A stretch of 35,610 nt of DNA from Candidatus Hadarchaeota archaeon (lineage in GTDB: Archaea > CAYQAE01 > CAYVLA01), in the NCBI GenBank assembly GCA_964452145.1, contig CAYVLA010000023.1:1-35610 (forward strand), in the 5' to 3' direction. The notes below the pieces were generated by a model. The model searched no databases and was not told where the DNA came from. It worked only from the letters and a program-made list of their open reading frames with translations. Below are positions 16,722 through 25,631 of this stretch, piece after piece. Position numbers and translations under genes: made by a program. Each line of letters starts with the position of its first letter. Position 1 is the stretch's first letter.

Positions 16722-16979
16722 CCCGCGTCAGCATCCGCCCGGCCTTCTTGGCCGCACGGAGACATCGCTGTTGGTCTGAGACTCGACGAAGCCGCGGATC
16801 CTCGAACGCGACTTCCAACTCCAAGAAGTGCTCCATGGCTTCAACCAGAGGCCGACTCGGTTTTCGGGGCAGCAGCTCTTTGAGTCGAGCAAGGCATCCA
16901 ATGTCGCGCTGGCGTTCCCCGGCTACGTGAGCGATCCGGAACTGATGAAGGGATTGGTGCTGGGACCCAAGTCATATGG

Positions 16980-17687
16980 TCATACACGTATCACAACGGC
17001 ACCTGCGTCCTTGACCCACTCAGGCTTCTCGCCTATGCGCCAACCCTCCCCTGTGGTCTCGCAGTAGGCGTAGAGTTTGCCTTCGCTTACGTAGTATGTC
17101 AGGGCGTAGTCCCTGTTCCACCCCGCCACTACATCCTGGGAGATCCTGACCCCGGCAGCCATGTGGTGAGCCTGGTCGAACCGAAGCAGCACCACGCCGT
17201 AGCCCATCTCCCTCACTATGGAGACGAACAGGATCGCTGTATCCTCGCAGTCGCCCCCCTCGTCGACCAGAGTCTCGATCGGGTAGCGCGGGTACTCATC
17301 GAAGCCGATCGCCTTATCGTCGGCGTACTTGAGGCTTTGCACGAAGGAAAGGACGAAGTCGATGCTGCCGCTCCAGTCGGTCTTGGCCGGGGTTTCTGAT
17401 AGCTTCTTGCACAACAGTCCTAGGTATTCGTCGTCCAATCGGTCCTTGACGTACTGGCCGTAGTCAGACGTTCGAGGAAGGCTCTTGTAGCGCTGGTACA
17501 GATCCTCGGGTATCGGTATCTTCCAGGTGTAGGTCCTGCCCTTGTACTTCCACTCGAATTCCCTGACCATGCCCTCTTCCCCATCCGGGACACTGTTCAT
17601 GTCCATGCTGGGGAGGATCGTACAGCCGCAGATCGCTATCGCAGCGAGGATCGTCATCGATGCTATGACGCAGCGCCTCCCCTCCAT
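16980..17687 (-). CDS. Transglutaminase-like cysteine-protease-fold lipoprotein
   Basis: Lipobox-like AAIAICGC; FVQSLKY, YPRYPIETL, GDCEDTAIL, HMAAGV and YCETT motifs (Cys-His-acid triad). Confidence 0.85.
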   Translation of the reverse strand: MEGRRCVIASMTILAAIAICGCTILPSMDMNSVPDGEEGMVREFEWKYKGRTYTWKIPIPEDLYQRYKSLPRTSDYGQYVKDRLDDEYLGLLCKKLSETPAKTDWSGSIDFVLSFVQSLKYADDKAIGFDEYPRYPIETLVDEGGDCEDTAILFVSIVREMGYGVVLLRFDQAHHMAAGVRISQDVVAGWNRDYALTYYVSEGKLYAYCETTGEGWRIGEKPEWVKDAGAVVIRV

Positions 17688-17835
17688 GGGTCTGCACTGG
17701 GAAGAGAACTAGAAAAATGCCGAGGTTGAGGCCTTCTGGAGGCCAGAGACGACGCAACGGCAGAGTGGTTTTCGCAAAGTCGGTTAGCCAGGGTTGGACG
17801 ATCCCCTTCTTCAGAACGGCCTTGCCCGCCGGTAC

Positions 17836-18372
17836 ATGTCGCGGAAGCATCTCCACATCGATGATGCGGAGATAGAGGACATGCGGGAACTGGCTCGGTT
17901 GGTCATCAGCCAGCCAAGCACGGAGATAGCCCCTGACCTAGTACGCCTGGGATATTTGGCATTCAGACCTACGGCACGGTCATCCACGTTCTTCCGAGCA
18001 CTCGCTCAAGATCCGGTACGTGCTGCCAGGCTTTTCTGCCAGGCAGTATGCGTTGTTAGGGTCCCGCGGCCAACGAGCATGACGCTCCTGGCGTATGCGA
18101 CATCAAGAGACGAGATCCGGTGTACCAAACCCACCCTCGAGCAGATGGACTCTTAGGGATCTGGATCGTACAGCCTCCTTGACATCGGCCGCCTGCTCAA
18201 CACGGAGGGTGCCTCGATCCTCTGGGAACCCGAGGATCCGGATCCGTCCGAGCGCTGGAAGGCCTTCTACTGGAAACACGATTCCTGTCAGGCGATAAGG
18301 CGAGGAGGACGACTCTCCGCTAGGTTACGCTTCTCCATCCGTAACCTCAATGAGCAGTTGCCCGCGTCGTGA
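17836..18372 (+). pseudogene. Degraded beta-propeller glycoside-hydrolase-like gene
   Basis: Pieces lie in different frames: RKHLHIDDAEIEDM, IQTYGTVI, LKIRY, LAYATSRDEIRCTKP (Asp-box-like), then across TAG 18154-18156 GASILWEPEDPDPSERWKAFY. Confidence 0.6.
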
Positions 18373-18449
18373 CCACTTCTCAGTACAGCTTTCTCCTGAC
18401 CAGAGGGGATGGCGGCGGCGCAGCCGAAGCAGAGAGGAGGCGAGGCCGA

Positions 18450-19586
18450 TTACCCACCGGATATCTCCCTGACGGCCCGGGCCATGTACTGTATGTTCTG
18501 CTTACTCAGCCTTGGGTGCGTAGGAAGGGTGAAGTTGGATCGGCCGATCCGCTCAGCGACCGGACAATCCCCCTCCTTGCATCCTCTGTCCCTGTATATC
18601 TTGGCCAGGTGTATCGGTGCATAGTGCGTGCCCGCCCCTATTCCGTATTCGACGCCAAGCCTCTCGGCGAAACCGTCCCGGCTAAGGCCTATGACCTGCT
18701 GATTCACAACGATGCTATACAGATGGAACACGTGCTTGACGTTGATATCGACATATGGGACTGTGATCCCCTTCACATCCCTGAGGAGCTTGGTCAGAAG
18801 CCGGGCGTTGCCGATTCTCCTGTCATTGAAGTGATCCAGCTTGCCGAGCTGGATCAGGCCGATCGCGCCCTGGATGTCGGTCATGCGGTAGTTGTGCCCG
18901 ATCATGGTGAACTCGTGGGAGTGACCCTCCCTCCCATGGTTCTGGTACATCCTGGCTATCCGGTACATCCTCTCGTCGTCGGTGGTAATCATGCCTCCTT
19001 CGCCAAGGGTGGAGATGTTCTTCTGCTGGTGGAAGCTGAAAGCGCTGATGTCGGCGAGGCACCCAGTCCTCCTCCCTTTGTACTCGGCGCCTGGCGAATG
19101 GGCACAGTCGCTCATGACCAAACACCTGTTGGCGTGTGCTATCTCCATTATCCTGTCCATGTCACAGGGCTGGCCGTAGAGATCGACCGGGATGACAAGC
19201 TTCGTGTTGTCGGTGATCTTGCTTTCCAAATCGGCCGGGTCCATGTTGTAGGTCCTGGGATCTATGTCCACGAAGCCTATCTCCGCTCCTAGGAGGGCCG
19301 CCGCGTTGGCCGTGGCTATCCACGTCACAGCCGGGACCAAGACCCGATCTCCGGGTCCCACCCCCGCTGCCACACAGCCTAAGTTCAGCGCAGTTGTGCC
19401 CGAGGTCACTGCCACTGCCCATTTCACACCGCAGTACCTGGCGAAGGCCTCTTCAAAGGCCCCGACTCTCTCCGCGTTAGTCGGGGCACCGGACCGGATC
19501 ACCTCTGTGGCGGCCGTTATCTCATCGTCGCCGTACACGGTTCCGAATTTGGTCACCATATCGTCTTTGATCTGGAAGCTCTGCAA
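18450..19586 (-). CDS. DegT/DnrJ/EryC1/StrS PLP-dependent sugar aminotransferase
   Basis: VTSGTTAL, FVDID, DCAHS, FSFHQQKNISTLGEGG (PLP Lys), GHNYRM and LPTHP motifs. Confidence 0.95.
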   Translation of the reverse strand: MQSFQIKDDMVTKFGTVYGDDEITAATEVIRSGAPTNAERVGAFEEAFARYCGVKWAVAVTSGTTALNLGCVAAGVGPGDRVLVPAVTWIATANAAALLGAEIGFVDIDPRTYNMDPADLESKITDNTKLVIPVDLYGQPCDMDRIMEIAHANRCLVMSDCAHSPGAEYKGRRTGCLADISAFSFHQQKNISTLGEGGMITTDDERMYRIARMYQNHGREGHSHEFTMIGHNYRMTDIQGAIGLIQLGKLDHFNDRRIGNARLLTKLLRDVKGITVPYVDINVKHVFHLYSIVVNQQVIGLSRDGFAERLGVEYGIGAGTHYAPIHLAKIYRDRGCKEGDCPVAERIGRSNFTLPTHPRLSKQNIQYMARAVREISGG

Positions 19587-19617
19587 GCTCTCGCCGGGCC
19601 GAGTTGAGCCGTTACGC

Positions 19618-19624
19618 TATATAA
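19618..19624 (-). promoter_or_regulatory. Archaeal TATA box
   Basis: TTATATA preceded by purine-rich GAGAAGA on the minus strand, about 31 nt upstream of TTG 19586. Confidence 0.55.
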
Positions 19625-20013
19625 TCTTCTCACCCGGCGACCGAGCGATCGCCATGGGAATGGCTCTGAACATGGACCACCTCTGCAAGCAATTATGAGG
19701 GAGTTGATCATCACACCGTCCTGGACCTCAAGGCTTGGCGGGAGGCCAGAAACGTATTGGGTCCCTGGGTGAATGCAAGGAACCCCCCACATCGCATCCT
19801 TGACCAGGTCGGTTGGATCTCGCTGGCTGGCGCCCTGATCGCCCGAATCGTTTATCACGGCACGGTAAGCATAGGCGGGTCACAGCGCCCTGCAGCGTGC
19901 ATGCGCAGATCTTGTCGATTGCGAGCCCATGATCAACGATCAGCCCAATAAGGTGGACGAATGTGAAGACACGGATGTACAAAGTTCGTTGGTGGGGGTG
20001 TCCCGGATCAAGA

Positions 20014-22101
20014 ATGAGCAGGCCCAATTACTACATCCTAGACATAGATAACTCCGCGATGCGGATCCGGCACTGCATCATACCCGGACGCCCTCTCGGG
20101 AACTACACGCTCCCCTACTGGCCCATCAGGAGCTACCTATCCTTTCTGGATCCTCCCGCCGAGCTGGCCCACCAGGTTCGAGTTCGATTAGACCAAGAAG
20201 GAAGCCCTCAGGACACCATGTTCGTGATGGGTGATCCATGCTTCTCTCACAGCCTGCCAAGGCGAGCCCCACCCTGCGCCATGTTTCATCTCGCTGAGGG
20301 TGGTCAAGCCAAGGTGCTGATGATAACCAATGAAGGCAGCAGGTCTCCGATCCTAATGGAGCACTACTTCGGAGTTGTGGAGGGGAGACCGGAAGTACGC
20401 GTTATTGCCCGATCCACGAACGCAACCGATCGGGACTTGGTGGGCGTCCAGACCCGCATCACTTACGAACAAGACTTCAACTGGAGCGACTTCGGGACAA
20501 ACCACCGGCAGTCACATCGACCGGCCAGTGGATCTGGTAGCGCCAAGGCCTTCTATGTCTTCTCGGCCGGCATGAAGAGGGGCTTCGAATTCGTGCCGCT
20601 TGAGAACTGTCACCTCACCTACCAGATCGCAGAGGAAGGGGGCCGGTGGCAGGCCGACCTAGTCGGTCCGCCGAACGACATGGCTCCGGGACAATCATCA
20701 ACGCTTGAATATGCCTTGAGGCTGGTGCGAGAGCTGCCGAATCAGACGACCCGGAAGCGTGAGTTGCCCTGCTTCGACCCGCTTAGTCTTCGTTTCACCA
20801 TCGTGACGCCGAAAGTGTTCAGGAAGGCCAAGGTGCACCGGGGAGAGGTGACGACCATTGCCGAGATGTTGGCAAAGCTTGGCCAACCCAAGGTGCGCGG
20901 CCTCAACCTTCGGGCATCGCCTGCGCAGGCCTTGGCCGACATCGAGACCCTGAGTCGTTGGGGATGCAACCTGCTCGTCACGGGCATGAGTCAGCCGCAG
21001 GATGTCCCAAGGATCTGTCGCAAGGCCCACTCCCTAGGAATGCGCGTGCTCCTAGAGGGGAGTGGCGGCTGCAACGAGGGTCCGCCGTCCTTCGATTCCC
21101 TGAAGAGGGCGAGCCTAGGGAGAGAGCAACTGCCGGACTCCTACGGCCAGGACGAGGATCACTACTACTGGCATCCGATTCGATCTAGCCGGGACTTCCT
21201 AAAAGACTTCGGCAAGCATTCGAGCCATGCCACGCAGGAAGAGAGGGTCTGCCATTTCGCAAGGTGCTTTGCCGACAAATGGCGGGCCGTGTTGGCGGAC
21301 GTGAGAGAGATGCGGAGCGAGGCCGGAGTCTGGTTTTACACTCCATGCCCCGGAGTCGCAAACGTCGACCCGCTGGACTACTATGACATACTCATCGGCG
21401 AGGTATCAAGACTCGGAAGAAGTCTGACCGTGTTCCCGTTCTACTACGGCATCGATTACGACCAGGTCCAGTACATGGTCCGACGCTGGAAAAGCGGGGG
21501 TGCATCCAGCGTCGTCTTCCTGCCGATGCGTGATTTCATGACCAAACCAAGCCAGTTTGTCCGAGCGATCACCGCCGCTAGGAAGGGAGGCGCCGATGGC
21601 GCCTGCGGATTCTCATTCCAGGTTGGCGAGTGTGCCACTGGGGAGGAGTGGCAGTGGAAGTCCGTCATGCTGGGCGAGTGGGCCAACTTCCCAACGCCGG
21701 ACCTGAAGGCGTTCTGCTGCATGGAGGAACCAGCCGAACTTGTTGAAGGTCTCGCAGCAGACGAGGTGACCTTGGTCGGCCCGAAGGATCGCATCGAGGG
21801 CCTTGCCTCTCGGTTGGACCGTCTTCTCCCCGGAGGGATCGCTACCGCCTCCAAGCCCCCGACCACTCCCTGGCGAGAACAACTCGCTGTCGTTATTGAC
21901 GAGAATGCTGGGAAACGCATTGCAGGACTGCCGGAAGCCGCGCACGAGGGGCAGGGCTTCCTTTCCATGGAAGGGGGCACGGTTGGCCTCGAGAGCTCAG
22001 ACAGCGAGGGAACGGTGAGGGCCATCGAGCTTTTCCTGAGGTTCGCTGAACTCGCATGTGCCGAGGCTGGTGGAGGCGTTGAAGCAACCAGATGCCCCTG
22101 A
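20014..22101 (+). CDS. Large hypothetical protein, possible glycoside-hydrolase-type TIM barrel
   Basis: Long ORF (start ATG 20014 or GTG 19963) with a beta-rich N-terminal half, then KVRGLNL, LSRWGCNLL, KAHSLGMRVLL and GADGACGF, resembling GH (beta/alpha)8 strands. Confidence 0.6.
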   Translation: MSRPNYYILDIDNSAMRIRHCIIPGRPLGNYTLPYWPIRSYLSFLDPPAELAHQVRVRLDQEGSPQDTMFVMGDPCFSHSLPRRAPPCAMFHLAEGGQAKVLMITNEGSRSPILMEHYFGVVEGRPEVRVIARSTNATDRDLVGVQTRITYEQDFNWSDFGTNHRQSHRPASGSGSAKAFYVFSAGMKRGFEFVPLENCHLTYQIAEEGGRWQADLVGPPNDMAPGQSSTLEYALRLVRELPNQTTRKRELPCFDPLSLRFTIVTPKVFRKAKVHRGEVTTIAEMLAKLGQPKVRGLNLRASPAQALADIETLSRWGCNLLVTGMSQPQDVPRICRKAHSLGMRVLLEGSGGCNEGPPSFDSLKRASLGREQLPDSYGQDEDHYYWHPIRSSRDFLKDFGKHSSHATQEERVCHFARCFADKWRAVLADVREMRSEAGVWFYTPCPGVANVDPLDYYDILIGEVSRLGRSLTVFPFYYGIDYDQVQYMVRRWKSGGASSVVFLPMRDFMTKPSQFVRAITAARKGGADGACGFSFQVGECATGEEWQWKSVMLGEWANFPTPDLKAFCCMEEPAELVEGLAADEVTLVGPKDRIEGLASRLDRLLPGGIATASKPPTTPWREQLAVVIDENAGKRIAGLPEAAHEGQGFLSMEGGTVGLESSDSEGTVRAIELFLRFAELACAEAGGGVEATRCP

Positions 22102-22197
22102 CAGAGGTACACCCGGCACATCGTCGCGAGGCGACCTTCGGGGCTGAGGGGAAACCTTATCATGCACCCAAGAGCACCGGCAAGAGAGGCTGAACCG

Positions 22198-22410
22198 ATG
22201 GTCACCAACCTGCAGATCTTCGCCGGCATCGTCTCTGCCTCCCTCCTCTTCATAGGTCTCTGGCAACTGGAGATGATGTGGCTACACAAATCCTGGGGCA
22301 ATCCGGCCTTCACCCTCCCCTTCGGCAGAAAGGTTCCGTGGTGGTTTGCCCGGGATCTATGGTACGCATGCGTTATCGCGGGATATGCTGTACTGATCCT
22401 AGCCAAGTAG
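22198..22410 (+). CDS. Small two-TM membrane protein
   Basis: 70 aa, two hydrophobic segments separated by a Trp/Pro-rich loop; GAGG upstream. Confidence 0.6.
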   Translation: MVTNLQIFAGIVSASLLFIGLWQLEMMWLHKSWGNPAFTLPFGRKVPWWFARDLWYACVIAGYAVLILAK

Positions 22411-22624
22411 CAGTCCGCCGCCGAGTTCACATGGGGAGCCAGAGTCAACGCGCCAGATTGTGCCGGATCCACATCGGCCATCTACCGCTTGCCCTCTTCG
22501 CCCTCCAAACCCATTTATATGCCGAGTGCATCTGAGACCTCCAGTTTGCCTGCCCCACCCCCAACCCGGACAAGGCGCCGGGCCCATGGGCGTTTCAGAT
22601 GGACAGAGGAAATGGTGAACAAGG

Positions 22625-23860
22625 ATGGCATTCATTGAGCGGAATGGGACCACTGTCCCCATCACCAAGCTCACCACCATCATCACCTCCCTTATGGTGT
22701 GCAGCATCGCGCCCGTCTGGTGCGCTGAGAGGATCAATACCCTCATGGTGGGATCGGCCATGGGGCTGCTTCAGGCGTACTTTGACGAAGACCCGTCCAT
22801 CACATACACCGCTGTACCCTGCCGTGAGGGCGGAGGAATCGGAACCCAGGAAGTTGCGAAGGCCGTCAGGCTCTACTTCCCGCGGACCTATGAAGAGATG
22901 AAGCGCTACAGCTACCTGATGCTGCTTGCCCCTGAATTCCAGCACTTGAACCCAAGGCAGGACCAGTGGATGCACGACCTGATCGAGCAAGGCTCGGGAG
23001 GATTCAATGACGGAAGCGTCTTCAGCATCATGGCCCAGATTCATAACGCTTGGGCAATCTCCATCACTCAAGCAGCTTTCCCCAACGATGCACCCGCTGT
23101 GGTGGCGAGGGGAGGCGGAGGCGAAAGCCCGGTGGGTCCCCACGGAGTCGTGATAAACAGGGATTTCGCCGACCCCGTCCTGACCCCCTTCGTCCCGTAC
23201 GGGGTTGAGCAGTATCCCGGCCTGACATCCAGATTCATCATACCCCGCCCGACCGCGGGGACTCTGGCGTGGATGGTTGGCAACTTCCCTGCCCTGGGCA
23301 AGGTTCCGTTCCTGGTCGTGTGGAACTACGGCAGCGGGCGGTCCATATCCTGCGGCGGCTTCATAAAGGATAGGGAAACCTGGTTTGGCCCCGAGAACCC
23401 GTACGGTGCCGATATGGTCATGAACCTGGTGTTCTACTCGACTAAGAGGGATCTGATCCAGGATGTGGACGTCTTCCACCAGCTCAAACTCGTCTTCCGG
23501 CATTTCACACAGAGGATGGGCATGTTGATATCGCTGAAGGACTTCATCGATAGGTTCGGCGCCAGCACCCAGAGGATTCAGGAAGTGATCTGGGACCTGG
23601 AGGACCTGCGCCGGAGAGCGGATGAGGCGTACCTTGGCCAGGACTTCTCGGAGTGCCTGAGCACTATGAACGCAGCGTTTGTGCGGTTCGACGAGGCTGA
23701 GGCAATAGCAAAGAAGGAGAAGGCAAGCGCGTTGCTCTGGGTCTACGCCATCGAGTGGCTTGTGACCACTGTGACCTTTCTGGTCTCAAGCTTTGCGCTC
23801 TGGAGCCTTCAGGTCAAAAGGAAGCTCTACAAACAGGTAAAGACGACAAAACTGCGATAA
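22625..23860 (+). CDS. Secreted, C-terminally anchored GATase1-like protein, paralog 2
   Basis: Signal peptide; RLYFPRTY, FIDRFGAST, ALLWVYAIEWLVT and VKRKLYKQV motifs shared with paralogs 1 and 3. Confidence 0.8.
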   Translation: MAFIERNGTTVPITKLTTIITSLMVCSIAPVWCAERINTLMVGSAMGLLQAYFDEDPSITYTAVPCREGGGIGTQEVAKAVRLYFPRTYEEMKRYSYLMLLAPEFQHLNPRQDQWMHDLIEQGSGGFNDGSVFSIMAQIHNAWAISITQAAFPNDAPAVVARGGGGESPVGPHGVVINRDFADPVLTPFVPYGVEQYPGLTSRFIIPRPTAGTLAWMVGNFPALGKVPFLVVWNYGSGRSISCGGFIKDRETWFGPENPYGADMVMNLVFYSTKRDLIQDVDVFHQLKLVFRHFTQRMGMLISLKDFIDRFGASTQRIQEVIWDLEDLRRRADEAYLGQDFSECLSTMNAAFVRFDEAEAIAKKEKASALLWVYAIEWLVTTVTFLVSSFALWSLQVKRKLYKQVKTTKLR

Positions 23861-24181
23861 GAAACGGACCTATTCGTTCAGCTACCAAGGATCTCCTCCC
23901 AGTCAATAGGTGGTGGAAGAGTCGGAGGAGCCGATCAGGAGAAGAAAGGTACGATCCTCGGGGGCAGGATGGTGGTCTCTGGCAGCGATACGGGACCGCC
24001 CACGATCCCGCCAGAGCAGAACTGCGGATCATTGCCAGAGTTGGCGGTCGAGGAGACCTCTTCATAGCCATTGTCGGTATCGATAGCAGATTGGTGTGCA
24101 TACAGGATGTTGGCCTAGTGGGTGAAGTCATCGAGACATGCCTTTCCGCGATCAAATGGTCGGCCTTGTGCAATCCGAGTG

Positions 24182-24189
24182 TTTTTATA
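24182..24189 (+). promoter_or_regulatory. Archaeal TATA box
   Basis: TTTTTATA 22 nt upstream of GTG 24212. Confidence 0.55.
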
Positions 24190-24211
24190 GCCCCGGGACA
24201 GATCTCTCAAC

Positions 24212-25471
24212 GTGCTCCGGGCAGGGGTCTTACACCTCGTGCTGGCGTGCTTAGTCTGTTCATCGACCCATGCGTTCTGTGCCGGCCGGCCCGATAGGGT
24301 TGATGTGCTCTACCTCTGCCGCTCCTCCACATGGAATGCAGAACGCAGGGACCTGATCTTGGCTGCCGACCCATCGATAGACATCCTGGGGATCGAAACC
24401 GTGGGGGCCCGTGCGCTCTGGAAGGGATCCGTGGACCCAGCCCAGGTCAATAGGAGGCTGAGGATATACATGCCGAGGAACTACCAGCGGCTCATCGCTG
24501 AGTGGGATCTTGTGGTTCTCCACGACGCGGCCCACAGCCACCCGGAGGAGCCCCAGGTCCGGCTTGATCCCCAATGGATTCACTGGTTCAGGCAGGGGGT
24601 TCGGGAGGATGGTCTGTGCCTAAGCATGTGGGGAGGCGATGCCTCGTGGGGAGGCCGGGGTGAACAGAACAATCCACCTTGGGGGGAGACCGAGCTAGAG
24701 GTGGTGCTGCCCTTCAACGGACTGGGCGGGTATAATCCGAATGTGGCCGGGGCACTTCGCCCAAGCTTCCTTGATCCCGATCATCCCCTCGCCCGCCTGC
24801 CCTGGTCGACGTCACCGCCCATCGGCGCCCTGAACAGGGTCGTCCCAAAGCCCGGGGCCGCGATGGTTGCCGAGGCCGTCACAGGCACAACTAGGTACCC
24901 ATGGATTGCGTGGTGGGAGCCTGGCAAAGGAAGGGTTGTTGGCGAAACGCAGGTCTTCTCCAGCATCGGGGCCGGAGCAAGAATGCGCTTGGAGTGGGAC
25001 TGGTGGCAGGACTTCATCATCTACCTGACGTACTTCGGCGTCCGCAAGGCCATCCCCGAGGACATCTACAGGGCCCATCGGATAAGGCAGGAGATAAACA
25101 CCCACGTGGCTAGGGCTTCCCTAATGGTGTCGCTCTTCGAGTTCATCGAAAGGTTCGGTGTGAGCACGGCCGGCCTGTACCTGGAGCTGGACGCGGTGAA
25201 TACGCTCGAGAAGGAGGCCGAGGAGTGCTACCGCCGGGATGACTACGACGGTGCGGCCCGGATCTTTGAAGAAGTCCACGCTGCCTGGAGCGATCTAGAG
25301 GCCAAGGCCATGGAAGTGAAGGACAGCGCGCTGCTATGGGTGTACCTGATCGAGTGGCTCGTTGTGATGGGCGTTGCCATTGCCTCGGCAGCCGGGCTCT
25401 GGGGCCTGATGGTGAGGCGACGGCTCTTCCGTGAAGTCCGCATTACCAAGGCCCGTCAAGCGTCTCGATGA
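24212..25471 (+). CDS. Secreted, C-terminally anchored GATase1-like protein, paralog 3
   Basis: Signal peptide; RIYMPRNY, WDLVVLHDA, MWGGDASWGG, WGETELEVVLPF, FIERFGVST, ALLWVYLIEWLVV and VRRRLFREV motifs. Confidence 0.8.
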   Translation: MLRAGVLHLVLACLVCSSTHAFCAGRPDRVDVLYLCRSSTWNAERRDLILAADPSIDILGIETVGARALWKGSVDPAQVNRRLRIYMPRNYQRLIAEWDLVVLHDAAHSHPEEPQVRLDPQWIHWFRQGVREDGLCLSMWGGDASWGGRGEQNNPPWGETELEVVLPFNGLGGYNPNVAGALRPSFLDPDHPLARLPWSTSPPIGALNRVVPKPGAAMVAEAVTGTTRYPWIAWWEPGKGRVVGETQVFSSIGAGARMRLEWDWWQDFIIYLTYFGVRKAIPEDIYRAHRIRQEINTHVARASLMVSLFEFIERFGVSTAGLYLELDAVNTLEKEAEECYRRDDYDGAARIFEEVHAAWSDLEAKAMEVKDSALLWVYLIEWLVVMGVAIASAAGLWGLMVRRRLFREVRITKARQASR

Positions 25472-25598
25472 TCGGCCATGCCTACCAGGCCGCCGGCATG
25501 TGATGAATGCATCAGGTTCCCTGCTCACTTTGGGCTTGCGGAACGGGATGTCGGTGCCCCGCCTCGCTCTCGGCCAATCGCAGTGGTCGATGGTGAAC

Positions 25599-25604
25599 TT
25601 TATA
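25599..25604 (+). promoter_or_regulatory. Archaeal TATA box
   Basis: TTTATA 27 nt upstream of in-frame GTG 25632. Confidence 0.5.
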
Positions 25605-25631
25605 GTCGAGGCCGGCATGCGTCAGCGCAGG

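Noticed and set aside
18154..18156. In-frame TAG (also 16449-16451) as possible pyrrolysine or recoded stop
   Set aside because: Both lie in fragments that are also frameshifted or truncated. Intact genes here end normally at TAG (e.g. 3227, 8696, 29265) and no pyl genes are visible.
11441..25471. Diversity-generating retroelement or recent duplication behind the GAT-like paralogs
   Set aside because: No reverse transcriptase is present, and the shared segments differ at many synonymous positions rather than forming near-identical TR/VR repeats.
25431..25616. N-terminal extension of the GH50-like ORF (similarly 2082, 5307, 10442, 12340, 16345 and 2003 starts)
   Set aside because: The extensions overlap upstream genes or TATA-like boxes; downstream starts fit RBS/TATA spacing and family N-termini better.
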